Origin: Mobula hypostoma
Taxonomy: Eukaryota
Assembly (NCBI RefSeq): GCF_963921235.1
Contig: NC_086097.1
Location: 81,346,001 to 81,410,000 of the forward strand
Direction of reading: 5' to 3'
DNA length: 64,000 nucleotides
The position numbers were made by a program, and so were the translations under genes. Below the pieces are notes generated by a model. It was not told the DNA's origin and did not search any database. It was given only the letters and a program-made list of their open reading frames with translations. The number at the start of each line of letters is the position of its first letter. The first letter of the stretch is position 1. Shown here piece after piece: positions 46,236 through 59,084 of the stretch.

Positions 46236-47807
46236 AATAGGAAACACAGGCAATCCACCAATCCTCTCTCATCCCCAAATTTTAAATATTTTCAATTAAG
46301 ACACATGGCAACTTCAATTAAAATCTGAGCAAAATTAAATAGACCAATTAATGAAAGACAGGATCATTGCACGAAGAAGGATCTTGAACAGCTGCTTATC
46401 AGAAAAACTGTCCCCATATTATGAATTAGATGTTGCAAATTGAAAAAGATTGTAATACATAAGTGGGTCATGTCGTTCACAGAACTAATTAATTTTTGTC
46501 ATTTACTGTTTCTGTGCCTGTCCAGTAATATGCCACCTTTTTTAAAAAAAAAAATCCATGTACTTTAATTGCTCTTCTTAAACAGGCAGGAATTCTTCGG
46601 TGCTGGAAGAATTTCCAATTATACCAAACTCTCACACAATCAAGTAAAATGTTTCAATGGTTGATGGTGGCAGGAAGGAGGAGGAAGGTAATGAACAACT
46701 TCCACATAATTGTCATAAGCAGATTCCACACCTATCCACACTGCAGCACCTTTCACTAATGATTTCAGGGCAGATGATGATTTCTACAATAATAAGTCTC
46801 ACAGATATTAATGGCAGAGGGTGTTATAGATACAATGAATGATTATTATGGCAAATTTGATTAACAGTCAAACAAAATGCAAACATTGGGCAAATAAAGA
46901 TAATAACATGATTTACTTCAACATGTCTGCAATCCAGAAATGCAAAAGCACAATAATTAGAGATTCTAGACTATGCTGATTTCCACTGGTGAGACAAATT
47001 CAATAAACTTGATGATTCTGTCAATGAGTAAATCAAACTAACGTGTCAAAAAGGAATTAATGTGATAAATACCAGCTCAGATACACGCGGCAAGCAGTTC
47101 ACTCATTGAAAAATAAGCCATAGACAACTGACCTAAAGAACAACAAAATTAGAGGTAAAAACACACACAAACACCTCACAACAAATAAGTGTTCTAATGG
47201 GGTAATGGAGTGACTAGTGGAGTATACACGCCATTTTTAAATAGTGAGCGGGCCCTGTCGGGACTTGTCAATAGAATGAAAGATCACAGAGAGAGTTGGA
47301 GACTGTTCCTTGTGGAGTTTACGCACCAGCTTTAAAATGCAACCAGGGCCTGTCAGAAGTTATCTGCAGAGTGGGAGACTGCTTGGGTTATTAGTAACTA
47401 AGCAAGGGTCAATAACGTGAAGCAAGGTACAAGCAGAGCAGCCATTGTTGGAATGGGCCAGGCTGACAGTGGGACACTATGGCTCAATAGGCTTTGCCAA
47501 GAACAGGCAGAGGCTCTAATTAAGTTTCAATCAAGTTGCTAGTAATTTTTTTTTGTCTATTAGTACATAGGTAGTGTATTGAGAATGAATCCAGGGTAAG
47601 TGTAAGGTGAGCCTGCAGTCTCCTTGATAACTACGTCTGCATGAAGTGCATTGAGCTGTAGCTCTTAAGATTAAGAATTTGTTAACATTAAGGAACTGCA
47701 GCTGCAGTTGGAGAGCTTTTGGTTCATACGAGAGAATGAAGAGCTACAGGGAGGTAGTCACGACTAGGCTGCAGGCTGCAGATTGTCAGGAGAGGGAAGC
47801 CAATGCA

Positions 47808-48117
47808 GGTTAACACGACACTATTACACTGCAGGATGTTGGCATCCTGAGTTCAATTCCGACGTCATCTCTAAGGAGTCTGTACGTGCTGACCTTGGAA
47901 TGCATGAATTTTCTCCGGGTGCTCCCGTTTCCCCCCCACAGTCCAAAGCCTTTGACAATGGTTGGTAGGTTAATTGGTCATTGTAAATTGTCCCATGACT
48001 ATGATAAGATTGAATCAGGGGTTGCTGGGGCAACACAGTTCGAAGGAACAGAAGGGCCTACTCCATGCCCTATCTCTAAATAAACAAGTAAATAAATCAA
48101 TCCATAAATACATAAAT
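47808..48117 (+). mobile_element. tRNA-derived V-domain/HE1-like SINE with CR1-like tail
   Basis: B box GAGTTCAATTCC; core TTCTCCGGGTGCTCCCGTTTCCCCCCCACAGTCCAAAG; GAAGGGCCTACTCC tail with TAAA repeats; CAATGCA flanks at 47801-47807 and 48118-48124. Confidence 0.8.
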
Positions 48118-48631
48118 CAATGCATACATACTCCGTGGCCAGTCCCCTCAGTCATTAGTATACCAACTTTGGATGCTGCTGGGACATGACCCGCTGGGGG
48201 CTGCCTGGCACTGAGTCTGGCTCTGTGGCTCAGAAAAAAGTGGGGGGGAGGAGAGAAGAAAAGTGCAGTCGTGATTGGGGATTCCATATTTAAAGGAGCA
48301 TTCAAGAGATTCTGTGGACATGATTCGAAGAAGGAAGTCTGAGAATCGGAGCGGGAGTGCGGAAGAAGCCATTCTTGAATTTTTCGGGTTTTTTTTCCAA
48401 TCGGCATTCAGAGAGGTGGGACTGCGCAGGCGTGTGACGTTGGGCAGAGAAGCACATAAGACTTAAAAGGAACAGAGCCTCATACAGCGGGCAGGCTAGT
48501 TCGCGGGCGGCGGAGTGAGCCGGGAGCAGAGTGAAGGCTTAAGGGCTTCAGCTCAACAGGCTTAGGTGGAAACGGGCAAGGCGAAGGGGGTTTGGTTTCA
48601 TTTTTTGTTGTTATTTGAGGAGAGGGGCAGT

Positions 48632-49681
48632 ATGAGTGTGAGGGCAGTTTGTTGTTCTCGGTGCCGAATGTGGGAGGCCCTGGAGTCTCCAAGCCTCCCG
48701 GACGTCCACATCTGCGCCAGATGCGTCGAGATGCAGCTCCTAAGGGACCGCGTTAGGGAACTGGAGCTGCAGCTCAATGACCTTCGTCTGGTCAGGGAGA
48801 GTGAGGAGTTGATAGAGAGGAGTTACAGGCAGGTGGTCACACCAGGGCCACGGGAGGCAGACAACTGGGTCACGGTTAGGAGGGGTAAGGGGAAGAGTCA
48901 GGTAATAGAGAGTACCCCGGTGGCTGTGCCCCTTGACAATAGGTACTCCTGTTTGAGTACTGTTGGAGGGGACAGTTTACCTGGGGGAAGAGACAGTGGC
49001 CGTGCCTCCGGCACAGAGACCGGCCCTGTAGCTCAGAAGGGTAGGGAAAGGAAGAGGAGGGCAGTTGTAATAGGGGACTCGATAGTAAGGGGGTCAGATA
49101 GGCGATTCTGTGGACGCAGTCCAGAGACCCGGATGGTAGTTTGCCTCCCTGGTGCCAGGGTCCAGGATATTTCTGATCGCGTCCAAGATATCCTGAAGTG
49201 GGAGGGTGAGGAGCCAGAGGTCGTGGTACATATAGGTACCAATGACATAGATAGGAAAAGGGAAGAGGTCCTGAAAGGAGAATATAGGGAGTTAGGATGG
49301 GAGTTGAGAAAAAGGACCGCAAAGGTAGTAATCTCGGGATTACTGCCTGTGCCACGCGACAGTGAGAGTAGGAATGCAATGAGGTGGAGGATAAATGTGT
49401 GGCTGAGGGATTGGAGCAGGGGGCAGGGATTCAAGTTTTTGGATCACTGGGACCTCCTTTGGCGCAGGTATGACCTGTACAAAAAGGACGGGTTACACTT
49501 GAATCCTAGGGGGATCCATATCCTGGCAGGGAGATTTGCGAGGGCTGCTGAGGTGACTTTAAACGAGAATGGTTGGGGGGGGGGGAGGGTGGGAATCAAA
49601 TTAAAGAGGCTAGGAGAGGGGAGGTTAGTTCACAACAGGGGGATGGGAACAAGTGCAGAGAGACAGAGGGATGTAAAATGA
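48632..49681 (+). CDS. CR1 ORF1p: CxxC...CxxC zinc finger, leucine zipper, SGNH esterase; normal stop lost (GAG at 49565-49567)
   Basis: MSVRAVCCSRC...HICARC...LRDRVRELELQL; VIGDSIVRG, CLPGA, HIGTND, DGLHLN all intact. Confidence 0.9.
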   Translation: MSVRAVCCSRCRMWEALESPSLPDVHICARCVEMQLLRDRVRELELQLNDLRLVRESEELIERSYRQVVTPGPREADNWVTVRRGKGKSQVIESTPVAVPLDNRYSCLSTVGGDSLPGGRDSGRASGTETGPVAQKGRERKRRAVVIGDSIVRGSDRRFCGRSPETRMVVCLPGARVQDISDRVQDILKWEGEEPEVVVHIGTNDIDRKREEVLKGEYRELGWELRKRTAKVVISGLLPVPRDSESRNAMRWRINVWLRDWSRGQGFKFLDHWDLLWRRYDLYKKDGLHLNPRGIHILAGRFARAAEVTLNENGWGGGRVGIKLKRLGEGRLVHNRGMGTSAERQRDVK

Positions 49682-52626
49682 GGGTAGGAGCAAAAAGTAG
49701 TAAGGTGAAAAGTACAAGTGGCAGGCCGGCAAATCCAAAAATCAAAAAGGGCCACTTTTCAACATAATTGTATAAGGGCTAAGAGTGTTGTAAAAGCAAG
49801 CCTGAAGGCTTTGTGTGTCAATGCAAGGAGCATTCGTAACAAGGTGGATGAATTAAAAGTGCAGCTTGTTATTAATGCATATGATATAGTTGGGATCACA
49901 GAGACATGGCTCCAGGGTGCCCAAGGATGGGGGCTCAACATTAAGGGATATTCAATATTCAGGAGGAATAGACATGAAAGAAAAGGAGGTGGAGTAGCAT
50001 TGCTGGTTAGAGAGGAGATTAACGCAATAGAAAGGAAGGACATTAGCCGGGAGGATGTGGAATCGATATGGGTAGAGCTGCGTAACACTAAGGGGCAGAA
50101 AACACTGGTGGGAGTTGCGTACAGGCCACTTAACAGTAGTAGTGAGGTTGGGGATGGTATTAAACAGGAAATTAGAAAAGTGTGCAATAAAGGAACAGCA
50201 GTTATAATGGGTGACTTCAATCTACATATTGTTTGGGTGAACCAAATTGGTAAGGGTGCTGAGGAAGAGGATTTCTTGGAATGTATGAGGGATGGTTTTT
50301 TGAACCAACATGTCGAGGAACTAACTAGAGAGCGGGATATTCTAGACTGGGTATTCAGCAATGAGGAAGGGTTAATTAGCAATCTTGTCATGAGAGGCCC
50401 CTTGGGTAAAAGTGACCATAATATGGTGGAATTCTTTATTAAGATGGAGAGTGACATAGTTAATTCAGAAACAAAGGTTCTGAACTTAAAGAAGGGTAAC
50501 TTTGAAGGTATGAGACGTGAATTAGCTAAGATAGACTGGCAAATGACACTTAAAGGGTTGACGGTCGATATACAATGGCAAGCATTTAAAGATCGCATGG
50601 ATGAACTACAACAATTGTTCATCTCAGTTTGGCAAAAGAATAAACCAACGAAGGTAGTGCCCCCGTGACTGACAAGGGAAATTAGGGATAGTATCAATTC
50701 CAAAGAAGAAGCATACAAATTAGCCAGAAAAAGTAGCTCACCTGAGGACTGGGAGAAATTCAGAGTCCAGCAGAGGAGGACAAAGGGCTTAATTAGGAAG
50801 GGGAAAAAAGATTATGAGAGAAAACTGGCAGGGAACATAAAAACTGACTGTAAAAGCTTTTATAGATATGTGAAAAGAAAAAGATTGGTTAAGACAAATG
50901 TAGGTCCCCTACAGACAGAAACAGGTGAATTGATTATGGGGAGCAAGGACATGGCAGACCAATTGAATAACTACTTTGGTTCTGTCTTCACTAAGGAGGA
51001 CATAAACAATCTTCCGGAAATAGTAGGGGACAGAGGGTCCAGTGAGATGGAGGAACTGAGGGAAATACATATTAGTAGGGAAGTGGTGTTATGTAAATTG
51101 AAGGGATTAAAGGCAGATAAATCCCCAGGGCCAGATGGTCTGCATCCCAGAGTGCTTAAGGAAGTAGCCCAAGAAATAGTGGATGCATTAGTGATAATTT
51201 TTCAAAACTCTTTAGATTCTGGACTAGTTCTTGAGGATTGGAGGGTGGCTAATGTAACCCCACTTTTTAAAAAAGGAGAGAGAGAGAAACCAGGGAATTA
51301 TAGACCGGTTAGCCTGACATCGGTGGTGGGGAAAATGCTAGAGTCAGTTATCAAAGATGTGATAACAGCACATTTGGAAAGCGGTGAAATCATCGGACAA
51401 AGTCAGCATGGATTTCTGAAAGGAAAATCATGTCTGACAAATCTCATAGAATTTTTTGAGGATGTAACTAGTAGAGTGGATAGGGGAGAACCAGTGGATG
51501 TGGTATATTTGGATTTTCAAAAGGCTTTTGACAAGGTCCCACACAGGAGATTAGTGTGCAAACTTAAAGCACAAGGTATTGGGGGTAAGGTATTGATGTG
51601 GATAGAGAATTAGTTGGCAGACAGGAGCAAAGAGTGGGAATAAATGGGACCTTTTCAGAATGGCAGGCAGTGACTAGTGGGGTACCGCAAGGCTCAGTGC
51701 TGGGACCCCAGTTGTTTACAATATATATTAATGACTTGGTTGAGGGAATTAAATGCAGCATCTCCAAGTTTGCGGATGACACGAAGCTGGGCGGCAGTGT
51801 TAGCTGTGAGGAGGATGCTAAGAGGATGCAGGGTGACTTGGATAGGTTAGGTGAATGGGCAAATTCATGGCAGATGCAATTTAATGTGGATAAATGTGAG
51901 GTTATCCACTTTGGTGGCAAAAACAGGAAAACAGATTATTATCTGAATGGTGGTTGATTAGGAAAAGGGGAGGTGCAATGAGACCTGGGTGTCATTATAC
52001 ACCAGTCATTGAAAGTGGGCATGCAGGTACAGCAGGCGGTGAAAAAGGCGAATGGTATGCTGGCACTTATAGCGAGAGGATTCGAGTACAGGAGCAGGGA
52101 GGTACAACTGCAGTTGTACAAGGCCTTGGCGAGACCACACCTGGAGTATTGTGTGCAGTTTTGGTCCCCTAATCTGAGGAAAGACATCCTTGCCATAGAG
52201 AGAGTACAAAGAAGGTTCACCAGATTGATTCCTGGGATGGCAGGACTTTCATATGATGAAAGACTGGATCGACTAGGCTTATACTCGTTGGAATTTAGAA
52301 GATTGAGGGGGGATCTGATTGAAACATTTAAAATCCTAAAGGGATTGGACAGGCTAGATGCAGGAAGATTGTTCCCGATGTTGGGGAAGTCCAGAACGAG
52401 GGGTCACAGTTTGAGGATAAAGGGGAAGCCTTTTAGGACCGAGATTAGGAAAAACTTCTTCACACAGAGAGTGGTGAATCTGTGGAATTCTCTGCCACAG
52501 GAAACAGTTGAGGCCAGTTCATTGGCTATATTTAAGAAGGAGTTAGATATAGCCCTTGTGGCTAAAGGGATTGGGGGTATGGGGGAAAGGCTGGTACAGG
52601 GTTCTGAGTTGGATGATCAGCTATGA
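49558..52626 (+). pseudogene. CR1 ORF2 (APE + RT) with few lesions
   Basis: [49 protein letters not shown]; stops at 50666, 51611, 51955, 51979; frame changes near 49735 and 51620. Confidence 0.93.
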
Positions 52627-53187
52627 TCATACTGAATGGCGGTGCAGGCTCGAAGGGCCGAATGGCCTACTCCTGCACCTATTTTCTATGTTTCTATGTT
52701 TCTATGAAAGAGATGCTCAGATGGTATGTTGTCTCCCAGGTGCCAGGATCAAGGGTGTTCTTGGATCGGATCCACAGCATTCTAAAGGGGGATGGTGAAA
52801 GCAGAATGTAGTGATACACTTTGGTACCAATGACATAGGTATGAAAAGGGAAGAGATCATGAAGATAGAATACAGGGAGTTGGGTGGGAAGCTGAAAAGC
52901 AGGACCTCCGTGGCAGTAATCTCAGGATTGCTGCTTGTGCCATATGCCAGTGAGGTTAGGAATAGCACAATTTAGCAGATCAATGTGTTGCTCAGGAAGA
53001 GGTGCAGGGGCAAGATTTCAGATTTCCGGTTCATTTGGGGATCTTTTCTGGGGAAGTTATGATCTGCACAAAAAGGATGGGTTGCACCTGAACTTGAGGG
53101 GGACCAATATCCTTGAGGGCACCTTTGGGGAGGGTTAACTAATTTGGCAGGGAAATGGGATCAGAGTGAAAGGACTGAGGATGGGGT

Positions 53188-54818
53188 AATAATAATAATT
53201 ATTATTATTATTATAACAACAACTTTATTGATCCCGAGTGGGAAATTATTTTGTTACACTGAGCAATAATAATAATAATAATAAATATAATAGTATTAAC
53301 TAATAATAAGATACAGAATACACAATAATAATTTACCAATGTGCAATAATGTGGAATACTGTGCAATAATAATGTACAAAATAATAAAACAGAAACTATT
53401 CTACTATGATGTATGTTCTCCTGTAGCACAGAGATGAACTGTTGTATATGCTTATTGCATTTTGTAGGAAAGATTTTCTGTAACGATCCTTGCGAACTGA
53501 ATGAGCCTGTTTGAAAGGGTAGTCTGCTGCTTATTCAGTAGGTCATGGAGAGGATGTGCCTGACTGTCTATAATGGATAATAATTTGTTTAGTGACCTCC
53601 TCTCCACCACTAACTCAAAAGAGTCTGGGTTGTAGCCAAGGACAGATCCAGCCTTTTTGATGAGTTTATTCAGTCTTTTTGCATCACCAGCACTGATGCT
53701 GCTCCCCCAACATAAAGCCACTGTGACGAAAAACCAAGTTATCAGAAGATTGATGCTACTGAGAGAGAGATAAGGGAGACAATGGAGAAACGTTCAAAAT
53801 GTTAATGAGAGAGGAGAGAGAGATAACGAAAAGAGACACAATTCAGAATATTGACAGACCGGTTGCTTTGAACCTGAACTGTTTGAAGTTTGATGGACAG
53901 GCGATACCCCAGCAGGGGGATAAAAAGAACAGGTTCGCTAAGGCACAACACACACCACGAGGTCACGAGATAACGAGACCCTGGAAGAGCGGTGTGCCCC
54001 CACAAGTTGGTGGAGTTGGAGGTCCGGTTCACGGGAACCGACCATAGACTCACAGGGTGAAAAGGGACGATCGGTGGGAACCTGGTGTGTGTGTCCATCC
54101 TTGCCTGGGTGCTGGGTTCACCGCAGAAGAACAATTGTATCCGGAATGGAGGAGTCACAGTCGGTGACCACAGCGGGATAGGAGACATAAAAGGGTCCAC
54201 CCGAAAGCCAACTGCGAAGAACATCAAAGGTCTGTTTGATTCAAAACTTGCATGTCTCTCTCTCTCTCCAACGGCACAACAGTGATTACTGCGAACTGTA
54301 CTAAGCTGAACTGAACTCTGCGTCACTTGAGACTGATCATTTTACTCCTAGACTGCGATAGAGCTTGGTTGATTCCTATTACCCTAAGTCCTGTGTACAT
54401 GTGTGTTTTATCATTGCTAACCTGTTGCATTTATATCCGTACGATTAGAGTACTGTGTTACTTATTTCTTTAATAAAACTTTATTAGCTTCCAGTAATCC
54501 AGACTCCAACTAGTGGTCCATTTCTGCTGGTTTGGCAACCCAGTTACGGGGTACGTAACACTGTAAGACTGCACCTGCTACAACAGACTGGTAAAAGATC
54601 TCCAACAGTCTGCTGCACACATTGAAGGATCTCAGCTCCTTAGAAAGTAGAGTCTGCTCATCCCCTTCTTGTAAACAACCTTGGTATTGATTTTCGACTC
54701 AAGTCTGTTGTTGAGGTGAACAGTATTTGTACTCCTCCACCATTGCAACTTCTTCTCCCAGAATGTATACAGGACTTGTCACTGTCCTCTTCCTCCTAAA
54801 ATCAGTCACCATCTCCCT
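53188..54818 (-). mobile_element. Rex1/Babar 3' part inserted in CR1 copy E, interrupted by a solo LTR
   Basis: - strand EMVTDFRRKRTVTSPVYILGEEVAMVEEYKY; ALCWGSSISAGDAKRLNKLIKKAGSVLG...HPLH; TAA/TAT-repeat tail at 53188-53215. Confidence 0.87.
53722..54560 (+). mobile_element. Solo LTR, same family as 1207-2273, opposite orientation
   Basis: TGTGAC...GTACGTAACA; last ~100 nt nearly identical to the reverse complement of 1207-1305; AATAAA at about 54472. Confidence 0.88.
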
Positions 54819-55992
54819 AATTAATTTTATACAGTCAATGCAGTGTGTAGCGAGGCTGTCAGGAAGGACAGGCAGATGACAGGGCAAAATTGCAGTCAGT
54901 GGCATGAGTTGAGGTGTAAAATAGAAACCACATTGAAAAGGGTGATGAACATAAGACTAAAGATGTTATGTTTGAATACACTCAGTATATGGAATAAGGT
55001 AGATAATCTTATAGCACAGTTAGAGATTGGCAGGTAAGACATTGTGGGATCCACTGAGTCGTGGCAGAAACAAGATAATAGTAGGGAGCCCAACCTCCAA
55101 GGATACACCTTATATTGAAAGGATGAACAGGTAGACAGAGGGGGTGGGCTGGCTCAGTTGATAAAGAAAGAAATCAAATCCTTTGAAAGAGGTGACATCG
55201 GATCAGAAGATGCAGGATCCAGGTGGATGGAGTTAAAAAACTGCAAGGGTAAAAAGGCTCTGATGGGAATTAAAGACCTCTGAACAGTAGCCAGGGTGTG
55301 GGATATAAATTACAACAGGAGATCGAAAAGGTTTGCAATAAGGTCAATGTTACAATAGTCATGGGGGTTCCCAATAAGCAAGCAGATTGGGAAAATTAGA
55401 CTAGTGTTGGATAACAAAAGGAGCAATTGGTAGAAACCCTACAAGATGGCTTCTTAGAGCAGCTTCTGGTTAAGCCCGCTCGGGAAAAGGCAATTCTGGA
55501 TTGAGTCTTCTGTAATGACCCAGATTTGATTAGGGAGCCTAAGATAAAGGAACCCCTTGGAGACAGTGATCATCATATGATAGATTTCACCTTGCAATTT
55601 GATAGGGAGAAGCTAAAGTCAGAGGTATCAGTAATACAGTGGATTAAAGGGAATTACAGAGGCATGAGAGAGGAGATGGCCAAAGCTGATTGGAAGGGGA
55701 CTCAAGCAGGGATGATGGCAGAACAACAATGACTGCAATTTTTGGGAGCAATTTGGAAGGTGCAGTATGGATACTTCCCAGAGAAGAAGTATTCTAAAGG
55801 GAGAATGATTCAGTGTATCATTCTCAGTGTATCAACATGACTGACAAGGGAAGTCAAAAGAAGCATAAAGGAAAGCACAACAATTAGATGCAAGTTGAAG
55901 AGTGAAAAAGCGAGTGTGGGTATCGGACTGCTGGAAAATAAAGCTGGAGAAGTAGTAATGGGGGACAAAGAAATGGCGCACAAATTTAATAA

Positions 55993-56146
55993 ACAACACA
56001 CATTAAAGTTGCTGGTGAACGCAGCAGGCCAGGCCGAGACGTCGACTGTACCTCTTCCTACAGATGCTGTCTGGCCTGCTGCGCTCACCAGCAACTTTGA
56101 TGTGTGTTGCTTGAATTTCCAGCATCTGCAGAATTCCTCATGTTTA
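55993..56146 (+). mobile_element. 154-bp Penelope hairpin insertion with 16-bp TSD
   Basis: TSD CGCACAAATTTA(A/T)TAA at 55977-55992 and 56147-56162; sequence matches the 3' end of 241-940 plus an inverted arm. Confidence 0.88.
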
Positions 56147-58379
56147 CGCACAAATTTATTAAGTATTTTGCATCATTCTTCACTGTGGAAGAATTACACA
56201 GGTAGCAGTACACCAGAAATTCAGGAGTGTCAGGTGACAGAAGTGACTATGGTTGCTATTACTAGGGAGAAGCTGTTCAGGAAGCTGTAAGATCTAAAGG
56301 TAGATAAGTCACCTGGAGAGAATAGACTACACCCCAGGGTTCCAAAAGAGGTAGCTGCAGACATTGTGGAGGTGGTAGTAATGATCTATTCAAGAATTAC
56401 TAGATTCTGGAATGGTTCCGGAGGACTGGAAAATTGCAAATGTTCCTCCACTCTTTAAGAAGGCGGGGGGGGGGGCCCAAAATGCAGGAATTTATCGGCC
56501 AGTTAGCCTGACTTCAATTGTTGGGAAGATGTAAAGTCCATTATTAAGGATGAGGTTTTGGGGAACTTGGAGGCACGAGAAAAAAATAGGCCAACATTAG
56601 CATGGTTTCCTTGAGGGGAAATCTTGCCTGACAAATCTGTTGGAATTATTTGAGGAGATTACAGGCAGCATAGATAAAGGACAGTGAGTGGATGTTGCGT
56701 ACTTGGATTTTCAGAAAGCCTTTGACAAAGTGCCGCACATGAGACTGCTTAACAAGATATGAGCACATGGTATTGCAAGAAAGATACTAGCATGGATAGA
56801 AGATTGGCTAACTAGCAGGAGGAAAAGAGTGGGAATAAAGGAAGCCTTTTTGGTTTGGCTGCCGGTGACTAGTGGTTTTCCTTGGGTGTCAATGTTGAGA
56901 CCACTTCTTTTCACGTTATATGTTAAAGATTCGGATGACAAAATTGATGGCTTTGTGGCCAAGTTTCCGGATGATATGAAAGTAAGTGGAGGGGCAGGCA
57001 GTGTTGATGAATCAAGGAATCCACAGGATGACTTAAACAGATAAGAAGATTGGGCAAAGAATTGGCAGATGGAACATATTGTAGGGAAGTGAATGGTCAC
57101 GCACTTTGGAAGAAGAAATAAAGGAGTACACAGTTTTCTAAATGTGGAGAAAATTCAAAAAGTGACTTGCGGGTTGAGTCGGTGGTAAGGAAGGCAAATG
57201 CAATGTTGACATTCATTTCAGGAGGACGAGAATAGAAATGCTAAGGCTTTATAAGGCATTTGACTGCACTTCCAGTACTGTGAGCAGTTTTAGGCCCCTT
57301 ATCTAAGAACAAATGTGCTAATATTGAAGAAGTTCCAGAGAAGGCTTACAAGAATGGTTCTGAAACGAAAGGGTTAACATATGAGGAGTGTTTGATGGCT
57401 CTAGGCCTGTACTCACTGGAGTTTGGAAGAAGGGGGGTGGAGGATGGGGAGGGGGCATCTCAGTGAAACTTATCAAACATTGAAAGGCCAAGATACAGTG
57501 GATGTGGAAAAGAAGTTTCCTACACTGGGGGAGTCTAGGAGCAGAAGGCACATTCTCAGAATTGAAGGTCATCAATTTAGAAAGGAGATGAGGAGGCACT
57601 TGGTGGTGAATCTGTGAAGTTCATTGCCACATACAGCTGTGAAGGCCAAGTCATTGGGTACACAGTATTTAAAGTGCAGGTTGATAAGTTCTTGATTATT
57701 AAAGTTGTCAAAGGTTACGAGGAGAAGGCCGAAATAGACTGGATGTGGAGAACATTTTTCCTATAGTGCGGGAGTTTAGGACCATGGGCCACAGTCTCAG
57801 AATAGAATGGGTTTTGATTAGTAAAAACATCAAAAGGTACTGGGAAAAGACAGGAGAATGGGATTGACAGAGACAATAAATCATCCATGATGGAATGACA
57901 GAGCAGACTCAATGGGCTGAATGGCCTAATTCTGTTTGTATGTCTTATGGACTAGTTATCTGGAATATGGAATATCAGGTTTACTAGCTCTGTTCCATTT
58001 CTTTTTCAAGCAGTTAGTTAAACCTAGTTCTAATATCCTCATTTTCATTGGACATTTGATTCCCTAGCATTTCTGGAACAGCACGATAGGTCTCAGAAAA
58101 TCAGCTACATAGATACACTCAATGCATATAACATTAATCTCTCAATTACGTTAAAGTAAGGTATATCCAAATTATTTTCACCTCTGGGTTTTAAAAAGAA
58201 ATAGATAAGAAATTGTTGATTCCCTGTCATCCTCATCCCTATCATTGAGGAACCACCATTTAAACCAGAAAATTATTTTCATCACACCACAATTAAAAAG
58301 AAGGGGACTGTGGGAATGGCAAATCCTATACCAAGCTTCTATTTGTTGTCTTTAACTAGTATCAAGGACAGAGTAACTA

Positions 58380-59040
58380 AACCGTCATTAGAGAGAGCAA
58401 CATAGGGAATGCTAATCAAACTTGACCATTATTCAAAGAGCTGACACAAGTTATGGATAAGAACGTATCTAAGGAATTTACACTTAAAAGGACCACTAGG
58501 AAGAAGTCTCCATAATTAACATATTGCCAGCTTAGGATAACACTCAAAGAATGGAAGTAAAGTCAGCAGCATGTCTAAGTGGCATTTGGGACACTTGTCA
58601 GATGGTGTCCTTCAGCAGGAAATATTGATTTCTGTTGACTCCTTCCTTGGCATTCTACAGAAGTCAGCAACAACTTCAGTGATTGGACAGAGAACGACAT
58701 TTCCAAGTCTGCCAATGATTCAAAATAAGCAACCCTGTTAACAGAATAACTGGAAGCATAGAAGTGCAAAGGTACATAAATGAATTAAGTGAACGGTATG
58801 TGTGAAGTCATCCACTTCAGACGTAAAATGACTAAAGCAGAGTTCTTTCTAGAGTTGGAAGTAGCTCATGTCCAAGGTGACGTAGATGTCTGTGTACGAA
58901 CATTATGAAATACATCCAAATATCTTTAAACTTGCTGTTCAATTACTGGTCTTTTATAACTAGAACAAGTAGATAATTGTGCCCTACGATTAAACAAAAT
59001 CTAATTAAATCCTACCCAGGGATCTGTATTCAGTTCTGAA
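58380..59040 (+). mobile_element. Ancient CR1 RT remnant
   Basis: Traces of ISKSANDSK (FADDTK) and CEVIHF motifs. Confidence 0.45.
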
Positions 59041-59084
59041 GAATAAATTGAACTCAGAGTGCAGAGCAAATAAAACTGTACCTA

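Larger units (their letters stand above)
48324..52706 (+). mobile_element. Young, near-intact full-length CR1 (copy C)
   Basis: CpG-rich 5' UTR, uninterrupted ORF1, ORF2 with only a few lesions, (TTTCTATG)3 tail; ATGA at both junctions. Confidence 0.97.
47430..57952 (+). mobile_element. Old full-length CR1 (copy E) hosting nested insertions
   Basis: ORF1 pieces 47600-47800, 48125-48323, 52707-53140 and ORF2 54820-57720 join collinearly across the inserts (e.g. ...GGACATGA|AAGAGATGCTCAGATGGTATGTTGTCTCCCAGGTGCC); tail TATGTCTTATGG. Confidence 0.88.

Noticed and set aside
49759..50718. 319-aa - strand ORF
   Set aside because: Antisense shadow of the CR1 endonuclease region; Ser/Leu-rich with no recognisable domain; not open at comparable length in the other CR1 copies.
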